A stretch of DNA of 64,000 nt, taken from assembly GCA_963663475.2 (NCBI GenBank), contig CAXXJV010000001.1, positions 2,080,001-2,144,000 on the forward strand, given 5' to 3'. The translations under genes were made by a program, and so were the position numbers. The first letter of the stretch is position 1. Each line of letters opens with the position of its first letter. This document shows, piece after piece, positions 1-9,662 of this stretch. Below the pieces are notes generated by a model. The model worked only from the letters and a program-made list of their open reading frames with translations. It did no database searches and was not told the origin of the DNA. Origin of the DNA: Candidatus Cloacimonadales bacterium. Lineage in GTDB: Bacteria; Cloacimonadota; Cloacimonadia; Cloacimonadales; JAFGVF01.

Positions 1-112
1 TATTTGAAAGAACTGCAATAGGAACATTCTCTAAGTCTGGTCTAAAAGCACGTTCACAAGAAGCATAAAAATTATTACAATCAATTAAAGCAAAAATAGT
101 ATTTTTCTTCAT
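1..112 (-). CDS. umuC: Y-family DNA polymerase V subunit UmuC, N-terminal part (runs off window)
   Basis: Manual translation MKKNTIFALIDCNNFYASCERAFRPDLENVPIAVLSN contains the Y-family DxNxFYASCE motif; directly downstream of umuD. Confidence 0.92.
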   Translation of the reverse strand, partial: MKKNTIFALIDCNNFYASCERAFRPDLENVPIAVLSN

Positions 113-114
113 TA

Positions 115-567
115 TTAGAGTTTATGAATTACGTAGGTAACCACACCCCAGACAGAAAACTGATCATCAGACGTTACTTCAATAATATCAAACTCAGGGT
201 TTTCAGGTTTAAGATAATAGATACCATTTTCTATAATTAGCCTTTTAACAGTTAGTTCTCCATTCAAAACAGCAATAATAACCTTCTTGTTAACAGCCTC
301 TAAGGCTCTATCAACAATTAAGATATCATCTGGGAAGATGCCAGCTTCTAACATAGAATAGCCATCAACCCTTACAAAATATGTAGCAGAGGGGTGCTTA
401 ATTAAGTATTCATTTAAATCTAGACGGTCTTCAATATAGTCTTGAGCTGGTGAGGGAAAACCAGCTGGTATATCTGACCCTAGTAAAGGTCTGACGAGTC
501 TGGTCTTAGGATCACTCTTGAAGATAGATTTAATTGAACCATCACTTTTAAATTTTGACTTTGGCAT
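115..567 (-). CDS. umuD: UmuD (S24 peptidase, Pol V accessory subunit)
   Basis: AGFPSPAQDY cleavage region, VDGYSM catalytic Ser, TVKRL catalytic Lys; adjacent to umuC. Confidence 0.93.
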   Translation of the reverse strand: MPKSKFKSDGSIKSIFKSDPKTRLVRPLLGSDIPAGFPSPAQDYIEDRLDLNEYLIKHPSATYFVRVDGYSMLEAGIFPDDILIVDRALEAVNKKVIIAVLNGELTVKRLIIENGIYYLKPENPEFDIIEVTSDDQFSVWGVVTYVIHKL

Positions 568-632
568 TTATTTATTACCTTTTTTTAGTCTGCTAGTCTT
601 GTCATAACAAACTAAGATAATAGAAGTTTTAG

Positions 633-1334
633 TTATGGTCTTTCGCATTTGATATTGATACTTTTATAAGTATCTGAATCTAATTTTAACTCAGCTCTAA
701 TAGTAACATAAGCATTAGATGTAGGAGCTTTAAAGTTACTGCTAGCAATCCCTTCAACATCAACTCTAGCTACAGGTTGGATAATATAGCCATCTTCAGC
801 ATTGCTTGCTATAAATTCAACCTCTATATCCATATCAGAAAAATCAATGTTATCACTTGAGACATAGGCTGTTAGGCTTGTTGAAGAAGTTCCATCGGCA
901 TTAAGAGTGTAAGTTCCTGCAACTAAAGAATCAATTCTTGGGAAATCAAAAATAGGGATATTGAGGGTTGTTTTCTCTGAAGGCCATGTTTCTAAAACAA
1001 ATTCAACATTAGCTATTCCGTATCCATCTCTAGCAAGGAAACGTCCTGAAGCAAATCCTTGGTCATCTGTTAAGAGAGATTGGCTGTTTCCTGTACCAAT
1101 AAAATTACCCATTTGATTGGTAATAGAAACATCAACTCTTCTTTCTATAAGTTTTGAAAGAGGTCCATCTAATTGAATTTCAATCTCCATTTCATTATGT
1201 TCGGGGTGATTAAAGACGTAAGATGGCTGATCATCAGGAATAGAAACATACATTTTAGGGTTTTCGGACCCTCTATCATCACAAGCTGTTAATAGTAACA
1301 AGGTCAACATAATAAGTAATAAAAACTTTTTCAT
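633..1334 (-). CDS. Lipoprotein, probably with Ig-like (invasin-type) domains
   Basis: Signal peptide with lipobox LLTAC; beta-rich segments such as LNADGTSSTSLTAYV. Confidence 0.6.
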   Translation of the reverse strand: MKKFLLLIMLTLLLLTACDDRGSENPKMYVSIPDDQPSYVFNHPEHNEMEIEIQLDGPLSKLIERRVDVSITNQMGNFIGTGNSQSLLTDDQGFASGRFLARDGYGIANVEFVLETWPSEKTTLNIPIFDFPRIDSLVAGTYTLNADGTSSTSLTAYVSSDNIDFSDMDIEVEFIASNAEDGYIIQPVARVDVEGIASSNFKAPTSNAYVTIRAELKLDSDTYKSINIKCERP

Positions 1335-1342
1335 TTTTCCTC

Positions 1343-2230
1343 CTAACCACGTGGGTGGTATAATTTGTGTTCTTCTATCAAGTAATTAATGTTTACATTG
1401 GTGTAAATTTGAGTAGTATCTAAACTTGAGTGACCTAACAGAGTTTGCACAATTCTCAAATTTGCTCCAGCCTCCAAAAGATGAGTAGCAAAAGAGTGCC
1501 TTATAGTATGAGGGGATATATGACTCTTAATCCCCGCTTCTAAAGCACATTTACGTAATATTTTCCAAAATCCCATACGGGTCAATTTTCCTCCTCTATT
1601 GTTTAAAAATAGAGTATCAGTAACTTTATCATTTTTCAATTTAAATCTAGTTACCTTAATGTAATGCAAAAGATATTCCATAGTTGCTTGGGGGATGGGT
1701 AAAAGTCTTTGTTTATTTCCTTTGCCGTGGACTAAGAGATTTTTGTCATTAAGGTAAATGTCATGGGTAGAAAGATCTAAGAGCTCAGAAACTCTTATTC
1801 CAGTTGAATACATTAATTCTAGCATAGTTTTATTACGAAAGCCTAAAGGGCTTGAGCTTTCAATATTATCTAAAAGACTAAACATTTCTTCAACAGATAT
1901 TACATCAGGTAAAGCTCTCTTGAAAGAAATTGAAGGTATGTCTTCAATTTTTACAGCAATATTTATATCTTCTTCAAGTAAGTATAAAAAGAAGTTTTTA
2001 ATTGCAGAAGTTTTCCTAGCAATGGAAGAATTAACTAGACCAATGTCTTGCAATTCTAGGAGATATTTGAGGATATTATCATTTGTAATATCTTTTATAT
2101 CTTTATCAAAATAGTTGATAAAATCGTTCAAATCAGATTTATAAGAAGCAATAGAGTTATCTGATAGCCCTTTCTCTATTTTGATGTAATAGACATAATT
2201 ATTCATTAATGCTTTATTTATATTATTCAT
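1343..2230 (-). CDS. xerD: Site-specific tyrosine recombinase XerD
   Basis: GIRVSEL, GKGNKQR, HTIRHSFATHLL, LGHSSLDTTQIYT, C-terminal HPRG. Confidence 0.88.
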   Translation of the reverse strand: MNNINKALMNNYVYYIKIEKGLSDNSIASYKSDLNDFINYFDKDIKDITNDNILKYLLELQDIGLVNSSIARKTSAIKNFFLYLLEEDINIAVKIEDIPSISFKRALPDVISVEEMFSLLDNIESSSPLGFRNKTMLELMYSTGIRVSELLDLSTHDIYLNDKNLLVHGKGNKQRLLPIPQATMEYLLHYIKVTRFKLKNDKVTDTLFLNNRGGKLTRMGFWKILRKCALEAGIKSHISPHTIRHSFATHLLEAGANLRIVQTLLGHSSLDTTQIYTNVNINYLIEEHKLYHPRG

Positions 2231-2321
2231 AAATTCATTATATATTTATTGAAAAAAATAGCAAGAAAAAAAACAATGGAATTATAAGAATTCCATTGTT
2301 TTGTCTATCTTAGTCTAGTAA

Positions 2322-3782
2322 TTAATCTATTGTATAATTAGGAGTTTCTTTAGTTATTTTTACATCATGGGGGTGAGATTCTTTCAAACCTGCTCCCGAT
2401 ATCTCCATAAACTCAGCTCTCTTATGTAAATCTTCAATGGTTTCAGCTCCACAATAACCCATACCTGCTCTTAGGCCACCTACTAATTGGTGGAGATAAT
2501 CTTTCAAAGGTCCTTTGTAAGGAACCATTCCTTCAATTCCTTCAGCTACAAGTTTTTGATTATCTGAAGTAGTTTCTTGGAAATATCTATCTTTAGAACC
2601 TTTTTGCATTGCTCCTATTGATCCCATTCCACGGTAAGATTTAAATCTTCTACCATTATAAATTATGTATTCTCCTGGTGATTCATCAGTGCCTGCGAAG
2701 AGAGAACCAAGCATAACTGCATTTGCTCCACCAGCAATTGCTTTAACTATGTCACCTGAGAATTTAATACCACCGTCAGCTATAACAGGAATTCCATGTT
2801 TTGCTGCTACTTCGGCACATTCCATAACTGCGGTAAGTTGAGGAACTCCAATACCAGCCACTACTCTAGTAGTACATATAGAACCTGGGCCAATACCAAC
2901 TTTGATAGCACTTGCACCACAATCTATTAGATATTTTGCTGCTTCAGGAGTTGCAATATTACCAGCAATTACATCTGATTTAATTTTAGCCATTACAGTA
3001 GTAAGGGCATTTCTGATATTAATATGATGGCCATGAGCTGTGTCAATGACGATGATATCAGCTCCTTTATCAGATAATTCCATAGCTCTTTCTAGGAAAT
3101 CTCCAGAAACACCAATTGCTGCACCTACGAGAAGTCTATCTTTTTTATCTTTAGCTGCCTTAGGATAGTTTTGATGATTCTTGATATCTCTAATTGTTAC
3201 CATTCCTTGAAGTTCAAAATTATCATTTACAAGTGGAAGTTTTTCAACACGATGATTATGCATTAAATCTTGAGCTTCTGGGAGTGATATTCCTTCTTTA
3301 CCTACAATTAGTCTATCTTTTTTAGTCATAATTTCAGAAACTTTTCTGGAAAGATTATTCTCAAACTGTAAGTCTCTATTGGTGACAATACCTACAAGTT
3401 TTCCATCTTTAACAACAGGAAAGCCACCAACATTATGATTATTTTTTAATTCAAAAGCTTTTTTAATCTCATCATCAGGAGATAGAGTATAAGGTTTGAT
3501 TATTATCCCACTTTCATTACGTTTTACCAGTCTAACCTGTTCAGCTTGTTCTTCTATTGATAAATTCTTATGAATGATTCCTATTCCACCTTCACGAGCC
3601 ATGGCGATTGCCATTTTACTTTCAGTAACTGTATCCATGGCAGCAGAAATAATGGGAATATTAAGATGAACATTTTTAGAAATATATGTCTTTGTAGAAA
3701 CAGTAGCAGGTAAGACATTCGAACTCTGGGGTATAAGCAAAACATCGTCAAAAGTGTAGCCTTTTTTAGTTATCTTCTTCAT
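2322..3782 (-). CDS. guaB: IMP dehydrogenase
   Basis: [11 protein letters not shown] catalytic Cys motif, CBS insertion, YRGMGS. Confidence 0.97.
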   Translation of the reverse strand: MKKITKKGYTFDDVLLIPQSSNVLPATVSTKTYISKNVHLNIPIISAAMDTVTESKMAIAMAREGGIGIIHKNLSIEEQAEQVRLVKRNESGIIIKPYTLSPDDEIKKAFELKNNHNVGGFPVVKDGKLVGIVTNRDLQFENNLSRKVSEIMTKKDRLIVGKEGISLPEAQDLMHNHRVEKLPLVNDNFELQGMVTIRDIKNHQNYPKAAKDKKDRLLVGAAIGVSGDFLERAMELSDKGADIIVIDTAHGHHINIRNALTTVMAKIKSDVIAGNIATPEAAKYLIDCGASAIKVGIGPGSICTTRVVAGIGVPQLTAVMECAEVAAKHGIPVIADGGIKFSGDIVKAIAGGANAVMLGSLFAGTDESPGEYIIYNGRRFKSYRGMGSIGAMQKGSKDRYFQETTSDNQKLVAEGIEGMVPYKGPLKDYLHQLVGGLRAGMGYCGAETIEDLHKRAEFMEISGAGLKESHPHDVKITKETPNYTID

Positions 3783-3853
3783 AATATTTATCCTTTATGG
3801 TTTTCTTTATTAATTATTTGTAAAAAAAATACCGTCGCGAAACGGTATAAGCT

Positions 3854-4687
3854 TTAGATTTCAATATTATCAATTAGTCGAGTGTTGCCTAAGAAGACAG
3901 CAACTAGTAATCTGTTACCCTTCCTTACAAGTGCAAGCTCTTCAAGAGTTTCCGAATCTACAATTTTTAAGTAATCTATTTTAAATCCCTTACTTACTAG
4001 CATATCTTCTAATTTAGCTAAGATATCATTGGGACTATATTCTTCTGCACGGACAAGTTCTTTTACCTTTAGCATTGATTTATAAAGATGGGGGGCAATG
4101 GTTGCTTCCTTGTCTGATAAATAACGATTCCTAGAACTTAGGGCAAGGCCTTGATCAGAACGGACAATTGGACAGCGAACTATTCTAGTTTCCAGGTTTA
4201 GATCTCTTAACATAGTTTCAAGGACTACAATTTGTTGGAAGTCTTTTTCTCCCATGAACATGAGGGTTGGTTTTACTAAGTTGACTAGTTTAAGAACAAT
4301 GGTAGCTACTCCTGTAAAATGTCCAGGCCTACTTGCTCCGCAGAGAACATTAGTAATTGAATCAACATTCACCCAGGTCTTATAGCTAGGAGGATACATA
4401 GCTTCTGCAGTTGGTAGGAAGATATAATCTACTCCCAAGTTTTGGAGGGCTTGATAGTCAGCTTCAAAGGTTTTAGGATAGCGAGAAAAATCTTCATTAG
4501 GGCCAAACTGGCTAGGGTTAACAAAGATGGATACTATACTTATATCACAAGCAGCAAGAGATTTCTTAACTAGGTCAAGGTGGCCTTGGTGGAGGGCTCC
4601 CATAGTAGGGACAAAACCAATTTTATGGCCATGATGCCAGTTGTGAGACAGATTAGTCATTTCTTTAAGGCTATCAATAACTTGCAT
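3854..4687 (-). CDS. panC: Pantoate--beta-alanine ligase
   Basis: PTMGALHQGH, SIFVNPSQF, GEKDFQQ, LALSSRN, RLIDNI. Confidence 0.97.
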   Translation of the reverse strand: MQVIDSLKEMTNLSHNWHHGHKIGFVPTMGALHQGHLDLVKKSLAACDISIVSIFVNPSQFGPNEDFSRYPKTFEADYQALQNLGVDYIFLPTAEAMYPPSYKTWVNVDSITNVLCGASRPGHFTGVATIVLKLVNLVKPTLMFMGEKDFQQIVVLETMLRDLNLETRIVRCPIVRSDQGLALSSRNRYLSDKEATIAPHLYKSMLKVKELVRAEEYSPNDILAKLEDMLVSKGFKIDYLKIVDSETLEELALVRKGNRLLVAVFLGNTRLIDNIEI

Positions 4688-5043
4688 TATCTTTCCTCGA
4701 TAATTTTATTATCATCATCTACAATAACTACTTTTGGCTGATGATTTTTTGCTTCTTCTTCGTTAAGTAAGCCATAGTTAACAATAATCACTTTATCGTT
4801 TAGGTCAACCATATGGGCTGCAGCACCATTAACACCTATAATACCTGAACCATATTCTCCAGGTATGATATAGGTTGAGAATCTTTTTCCATTATTTATA
4901 TTGTATATCCATACTTCTTCATTAAGTTGCATACCAGTAGCTTCAATAAGTTGAGTATCAATAGTGATACTACCTACATAATTAAGGTCTGTTTCGGTTA
5001 CTGTTGCCCTATGAATTTTAGATATTAGATAAGATCTAAGCAT
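4687..5043 (-). CDS. panD: Aspartate 1-decarboxylase
   Basis: KIHRATVT, YVG/SITID self-cleavage site, NGAAA. Confidence 0.97.
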   Translation of the reverse strand: MLRSYLISKIHRATVTETDLNYVGSITIDTQLIEATGMQLNEEVWIYNINNGKRFSTYIIPGEYGSGIIGVNGAAAHMVDLNDKVIIVNYGLLNEEEAKNHQPKVVIVDDDNKIIEER

Positions 5044-5107
5044 TTATTTACTCCATACATAATTTGCTTGTCATATTTTTCTAGCTAGACTTTTTGTAAA
5101 TATTTTT

Positions 5108-6679
5108 CTAATCTTTTTTCTTGATGAGTCTTCCAAGTTTAAGTTTTTGCCAGATAATCTCTGCATACTCAAGTCTGATTAAATAAGAACCAAGACTAAG
5201 AACTAAGAGGAATAAAAGGCCATTTACGCTTAGTCTTGTGATAGACAAGAAAAAGCTACTACCTACTATAAAGTAATTAATTAGATGATTTAAGCCATAG
5301 ATGATTAGAGAAAGTAGTAATATTTTTATTATGTTAGAAAGAAATGAACGAAGTTTAATGTAAGAGAATTTGTGCTTAATTACTAAAGTCATTATTATTA
5401 GTTGAATCAAACCAGTTAGAGAAGTAGCCAGGGCAATTCCGATATGTTGTAGATAATAAATTAGAATAATGTTCAATCCAATATTAACAGCAACCATAAT
5501 AGAGGTTATAATAACAGGAGTCTTGGTATCACCTGAAGCAAAGAAGAGGGGAGTAAGAGTTTGATTAATAGCAAAGAATACTAAGCCGAATGAGTAGAAG
5601 ATAAAGGATTCATAGGTAAGTTGAGAAGCTACAGCATCGAAGTTACCTCTTTGGAAAAGTAGTTTAATGATATCAAGGCCAGTTCCAATCAAGAAAAATG
5701 TTACAGGAACTAATAAGTAAATTAAGGATATGAGGGTAAAACGGATTCTCTCTGACAAGTCTTGCCATTTTTCTTCAACCATAAGGCGGGAGAAAAGGGG
5801 TAAAACAGCAGTACCCGTAGATACACCAAAGATACCTAATGGCATCTGCATTAATCTTGCTCCGTAGCGTAAGCAAGTAATGGCACCAAGGGGTAAGAAG
5901 CTTGCGAAATAAATATCTGCAAGCAGGTTTATCTGTCTAACTCCGATTCCTATAACCCCAGGAATAAATCTTTTTCCTAAGATTTTCAAGTTATCACTAT
6001 GGAGGTTAATATAGATTTTGAAGTTATAACCAACTTGTCTTAAAAAAGGAAAGTTAATAATAGTTTGCAGTAAGCCACCTATTAATACTCCATAGCCTGC
6101 GTAATAGATTAAAGATTCTGCATCTAAGGCAAAGATAAGGGCGGGAAGTCCTACAGAAAGAATAATTCCTAAATTATATAAGCCAGAGGAAAGGCCTGTC
6201 ATAAAGAATTTATTATGAGAGTTAAGAATAGCTATCATAGTTGAGGAAAGACCAATAAAGAATAGATAAGGAAAGATTAATCTGGTTAATTTAATTGTAA
6301 GAATGGCAGTTTTGTTGGGAAGTCCTGGAGAGATTAAATTAACAATTGCTGGTGCAAAAATAACACCAAGCAGGGTAAGGAGGCTAAGTAATAGGGTAAG
6401 GAGAGATAGCATATTTAAGGCGAATTTAACCTGCTCTTCTCTTCCTTTATCTGAAGCTATTTTATTGTAGATTGGTACAAAGGCAGCAGAAAGAGCTCCT
6501 TCACCAAAGAGTCTTCTTAAAAGATTAGGTATGTTAATAGCAATTTGGAAGGCATCATTTAGATAGCTAGCACCAAAAAAGAAGCCCATTACTTGGTCTC
6601 TAACTAATCCTAAAATTCTACTTAGTGAGACAGCTATTGACATGATTGAAATATTCTTAGCTAGTTTTGCATTACTCAT
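5108..6679 (-). CDS. murJ: Lipid II flippase MurJ (MviN)
   Basis: SRILGLVRD, PNLLRRLFGEGALSAAFVP, many TM helices. Confidence 0.95.
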   Translation of the reverse strand: MSNAKLAKNISIMSIAVSLSRILGLVRDQVMGFFFGASYLNDAFQIAINIPNLLRRLFGEGALSAAFVPIYNKIASDKGREEQVKFALNMLSLLTLLLSLLTLLGVIFAPAIVNLISPGLPNKTAILTIKLTRLIFPYLFFIGLSSTMIAILNSHNKFFMTGLSSGLYNLGIILSVGLPALIFALDAESLIYYAGYGVLIGGLLQTIINFPFLRQVGYNFKIYINLHSDNLKILGKRFIPGVIGIGVRQINLLADIYFASFLPLGAITCLRYGARLMQMPLGIFGVSTGTAVLPLFSRLMVEEKWQDLSERIRFTLISLIYLLVPVTFFLIGTGLDIIKLLFQRGNFDAVASQLTYESFIFYSFGLVFFAINQTLTPLFFASGDTKTPVIITSIMVAVNIGLNIILIYYLQHIGIALATSLTGLIQLIIMTLVIKHKFSYIKLRSFLSNIIKILLLSLIIYGLNHLINYFIVGSSFFLSITRLSVNGLLFLLVLSLGSYLIRLEYAEIIWQKLKLGRLIKKKD

Positions 6680-6687
6680 AAGTCCTC

Positions 6688-7077
6688 TTATTTTAAAATA
6701 TGTTTGATAACCTTACTATCATCTTTATCTATGATAATTATCTCAACCTGATTAGGAACACAGATTATGGGAAAAGAACTTGTCCATCCTTGCTCTACAC
6801 ACAGTTGATTGGGACAATTATTCTTTAGCATTCTAACTTGTTGATCAGCTATTTGTACTTCTATATTATCGTTAATTTTGATTATTCTATCCTTATTGAG
6901 GGGGTATTCTCCCACAAGTTTATTCTGATAGTTTATCCTAACAAAGTGATTTGAATTATTTGATAGATTAGTTATAAAAAGATAGATAGTCAGTATAAGA
7001 ATTATGCTGATGAGGATTAAATCACTAAGAGTAAAATATTTAGATGATTTCTTGAGCTTTCTTAGAAGATTAGTCAT
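6688..7077 (-). CDS. NusG domain II-containing protein
   Basis: N-terminal TM, CPNQLCVEQGW...IICVPN motif. Confidence 0.85.
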   Translation of the reverse strand: MTNLLRKLKKSSKYFTLSDLILISIILILTIYLFITNLSNNSNHFVRINYQNKLVGEYPLNKDRIIKINDNIEVQIADQQVRMLKNNCPNQLCVEQGWTSSFPIICVPNQVEIIIIDKDDSKVIKHILK

Positions 7078-7082
7078 TTTAC

Positions 7083-8312
7083 TTAATTGGAAGTGATTTT
7101 TTGATAAATCTTAGCAAACTCACGAAGATTAAGGTCAAGGGCATTTGAGTTTTTACTTAAAGTAAGGTTAGCCTTAGCACCAATTTCTTTAGTAGAATGA
7201 TAGTTTTCAATCATAAAACGTAAATCACTTTCTAGCTTGTCGTCTTTACTAATGATTATTGCTCCATTTTCACTCAGCTTATCAACACTGTCTTGACAGG
7301 AAGAATGGTATTGACCTATAATAGTAGGTTTCGAGTAGAAGGCTGGTTCAAGGGGATTATGTCCACCAAAGTCACAGAATGAACCACCAACAATACTAAT
7401 ATCGCTGATTGCATAGAATTGATTTAGAACTCCCATAGCATCAACCAGTAAGATTGCTTTACCAGGAGTAAAGTTACTGAGAGTAGAATAATCATCACAC
7501 TCTAAAATCGCTTGAACTTCTTTTACCCTAGTAATATGTCTCAATACTAGGATTAACTTAAGACTTGGGTAGTCTTCTTTTAACTTAAAGAAACTATTTA
7601 TCATCAAGACTTCTTCTCCTGGGCGGGATGATCCCCAGGTTATAATTAAATCATCTTTACTAAAGCCATATTTTGAGCGAATTTCATCTGAATTATATTT
7701 AGGGAGATCAACACAGAATTTAAGATTACCTCCCAGCACCACATTCTTTGCTCCAATTTCTTCGAATCTCTCTTTATCAAGTTGAGATTGGGCCAGAATA
7801 AGATCAATTTTTTCAAGTAAGGGTTTGAATATTCTTTTATGCTTTAAGTAACGAGGATAAGAACGATTGGAAATTCTAGCATTAGACAGCATTATGGGAA
7901 TTGAAAGTCTTGAACATTCATTAATCATAGAAAACCATAATTCAGTTTCTGCAAGAATTAACATTTTAGGTTTGATTTTCTTGATGAATCTTTTTACTAA
8001 GAAAGAAGAATCAAAAGGAACTAAACTTGTTATGATCTTAGGGGAAATCTTCTTTGCTTCATTTCTTCCAGTAGGTGTCATTGTGGTTATTAAAATATTT
8101 TCCTGTGGGTAATCTTCTAAGATTTTCAGAATAAATGGCTTTAGTCCATTGATTTCACCCACGGAGGCAGCATGAATCCAGATAGAATCACTTAAACTTG
8201 GAAGTAAGGCTCTGGTATGCTCTTTTAATCGTTTGTTAAAGAGAGCAATGGGGCAGAGAAAAGCTCCAATAATATTGGAAATAGGACGATAAATTAAGTT
8301 ATATAGTTTCAT
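7083..8312 (-). CDS. waaA: 3-deoxy-D-manno-octulosonic acid (Kdo) transferase
   Basis: IWIHAASVGE, ETELW, NARIS, GNLKF, GGHNPLEPA. Confidence 0.95.
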   Translation of the reverse strand: MKLYNLIYRPISNIIGAFLCPIALFNKRLKEHTRALLPSLSDSIWIHAASVGEINGLKPFILKILEDYPQENILITTMTPTGRNEAKKISPKIITSLVPFDSSFLVKRFIKKIKPKMLILAETELWFSMINECSRLSIPIMLSNARISNRSYPRYLKHKRIFKPLLEKIDLILAQSQLDKERFEEIGAKNVVLGGNLKFCVDLPKYNSDEIRSKYGFSKDDLIITWGSSRPGEEVLMINSFFKLKEDYPSLKLILVLRHITRVKEVQAILECDDYSTLSNFTPGKAILLVDAMGVLNQFYAISDISIVGGSFCDFGGHNPLEPAFYSKPTIIGQYHSSCQDSVDKLSENGAIIISKDDKLESDLRFMIENYHSTKEIGAKANLTLSKNSNALDLNLREFAKIYQKITSN

Positions 8313-8345
8313 CTCTTATAAAATATTAATAAAGATTAAAAATAC

Positions 8346-8372
8346 AAAAAAAGCCGTTATTTAAAACGGCTT
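8346..8372 (-). terminator. Intrinsic terminator of tRNA-Asp cluster
   Basis: Stem AAGCCGTT/AACGGCTT followed by a U-run on the minus strand. Confidence 0.8.
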
Positions 8373-8379
8373 AAATTTC

Positions 8380-8456
8380 TGGCGGGAGTGACGGGACTCG
8401 AACTCGCGACCTTCTGCGTGACAGGCAGACGTTCTAACCAACTGAACTACACCCCC
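8380..8456 (-). tRNA. tRNA-Asp(GTC)
   Basis: Reverse complement GGGGGTGTAGTTCAGTTGGTTAGAACGTCTGCCTGTCACGCAGAAGGTCGCGAGTTCGAGTCCCGTCACTCCCGCCA; cloverleaf, anticodon GTC, encoded CCA. Confidence 0.97.
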
Positions 8457-8490
8457 AACTTATAATTGGAAAATTTGCGTTAATAAAAAA

Positions 8491-8567
8491 TGGCGGGAGT
8501 GACGGGACTCGAACTCGCGACCTTCTGCGTGACAGGCAGACGTTCTAACCAACTGAACTACACCCCC
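8491..8567 (-). tRNA. tRNA-Asp(GTC)
   Basis: Identical to the copy at 8380-8456. Confidence 0.97.
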
Positions 8568-8625
8568 GAATTGGGTATTCTTTATTAACTATATCTTAAA
8601 ACCTTGGTTCTTTCTAAATTAGAAA

Positions 8626-8702
8626 TGGCGGGAGTGACGGGACTCGAACTCGCGACCTTCTGCGTGACAGGCAGACGTTCTAACCAACTGAACTACACCC
8701 CC
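8626..8702 (-). tRNA. tRNA-Asp(GTC)
   Basis: Identical to the copy at 8380-8456. Confidence 0.97.
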
Positions 8703-9200
8703 AAAGGTTTTTGTTTCAAATATCTATCATCAGTAACGATGTTTAACCTTTTTACTAAGGTGTGGGTTTTATGTCAATACTTTTTTTAAAAATATTTTTT
8801 ATGGCAGATGAGGTAATTTAGCTATAATACTGGAAAATAAGAGGATAAATTAAGAAAAAATACATTGATAATAATAAAAAAAGAACTATGAATACTAATC
8901 CTAAATGGGGAAACAAAGCTCATAACTACTTCTTGTTCTCAAAAAAATCCAGTAAAGCTAGGTCTCTAGAACTGATTTTTCTTAAAGAATGAATCTACAA
9001 ATTTCTTAATACCTAATAAAGCATAGCTCTTTGTGAATAGTGCTATATTCTTATGCAAAAGTGACTGATTTATAATGAAGTCTATGCTGACATTATTTTT
9101 GGAAATTAACTGGAGGCTTGTAACATTATCAATAACAACCAATTATGGCATTTTCAATGAGATTTACCTGTTTTTTTACTCTATACAAGTAGAAGGATGC

Positions 9201-9300
9201 TTAAACCCGAATAATGCAGTAGACCTTTGCGAATAGCAGAATCTTTTTTTTGCAAAAGAATCTGCACTCTTCCCTAAAATCCTACTGTACCTTTGGATAA
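9201..9300. repeat. MITE-like dispersed repeat, short form
   Basis: Starts TTAAACCCGAATAATGCAGTAGACCTTTGCGAATAGCAGAATC, ends with imperfect inverted copy CCTACTGTACCTTTGGATAA; homologous to 19123-19223 and 26317-26517. Confidence 0.75.
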
Positions 9301-9662
9301 AAATATAGTGAAGGCTTATAAAATACTTATAGATAGTTAGATAAGTTAAACTTATTAGAAATATTAGCTTAATTACGTATATAGTGATGAAAGATATAAA
9401 ATTTTCCCTTCAGCGATTGAGATATGGGGATTTATTCTCTTGTCTCTTTCGTTGAGGAGAATGCTACTTAAGCAAAATATATTGGAGTTAGTTTTTTCTT
9501 GTTTCCACTTCCCTCAATTAAACCTAATAATGTAGTAGAGCTTTATTGAAGAATGAAGTTACTTAACTTAATAGATTAGATAAAATGATAAAGCATAAAA
9601 AAAAAGTTGACAGATATTAAGCAGATATTCAAGTGAAAAAAGAAAAAAAAGGGAGTTTTCGA

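Noticed and set aside
568-632. LexA/SOS box upstream of umuD
   Set aside because: No convincing palindrome or known LexA motif is visible.
1343-2230. Integrase of a mobile element
   Set aside because: Typical XerD length and motifs in a housekeeping context, far from the prophage remnant.
8604-8789. 61-aa ORF
   Set aside because: Antisense to a tRNA-Asp gene.
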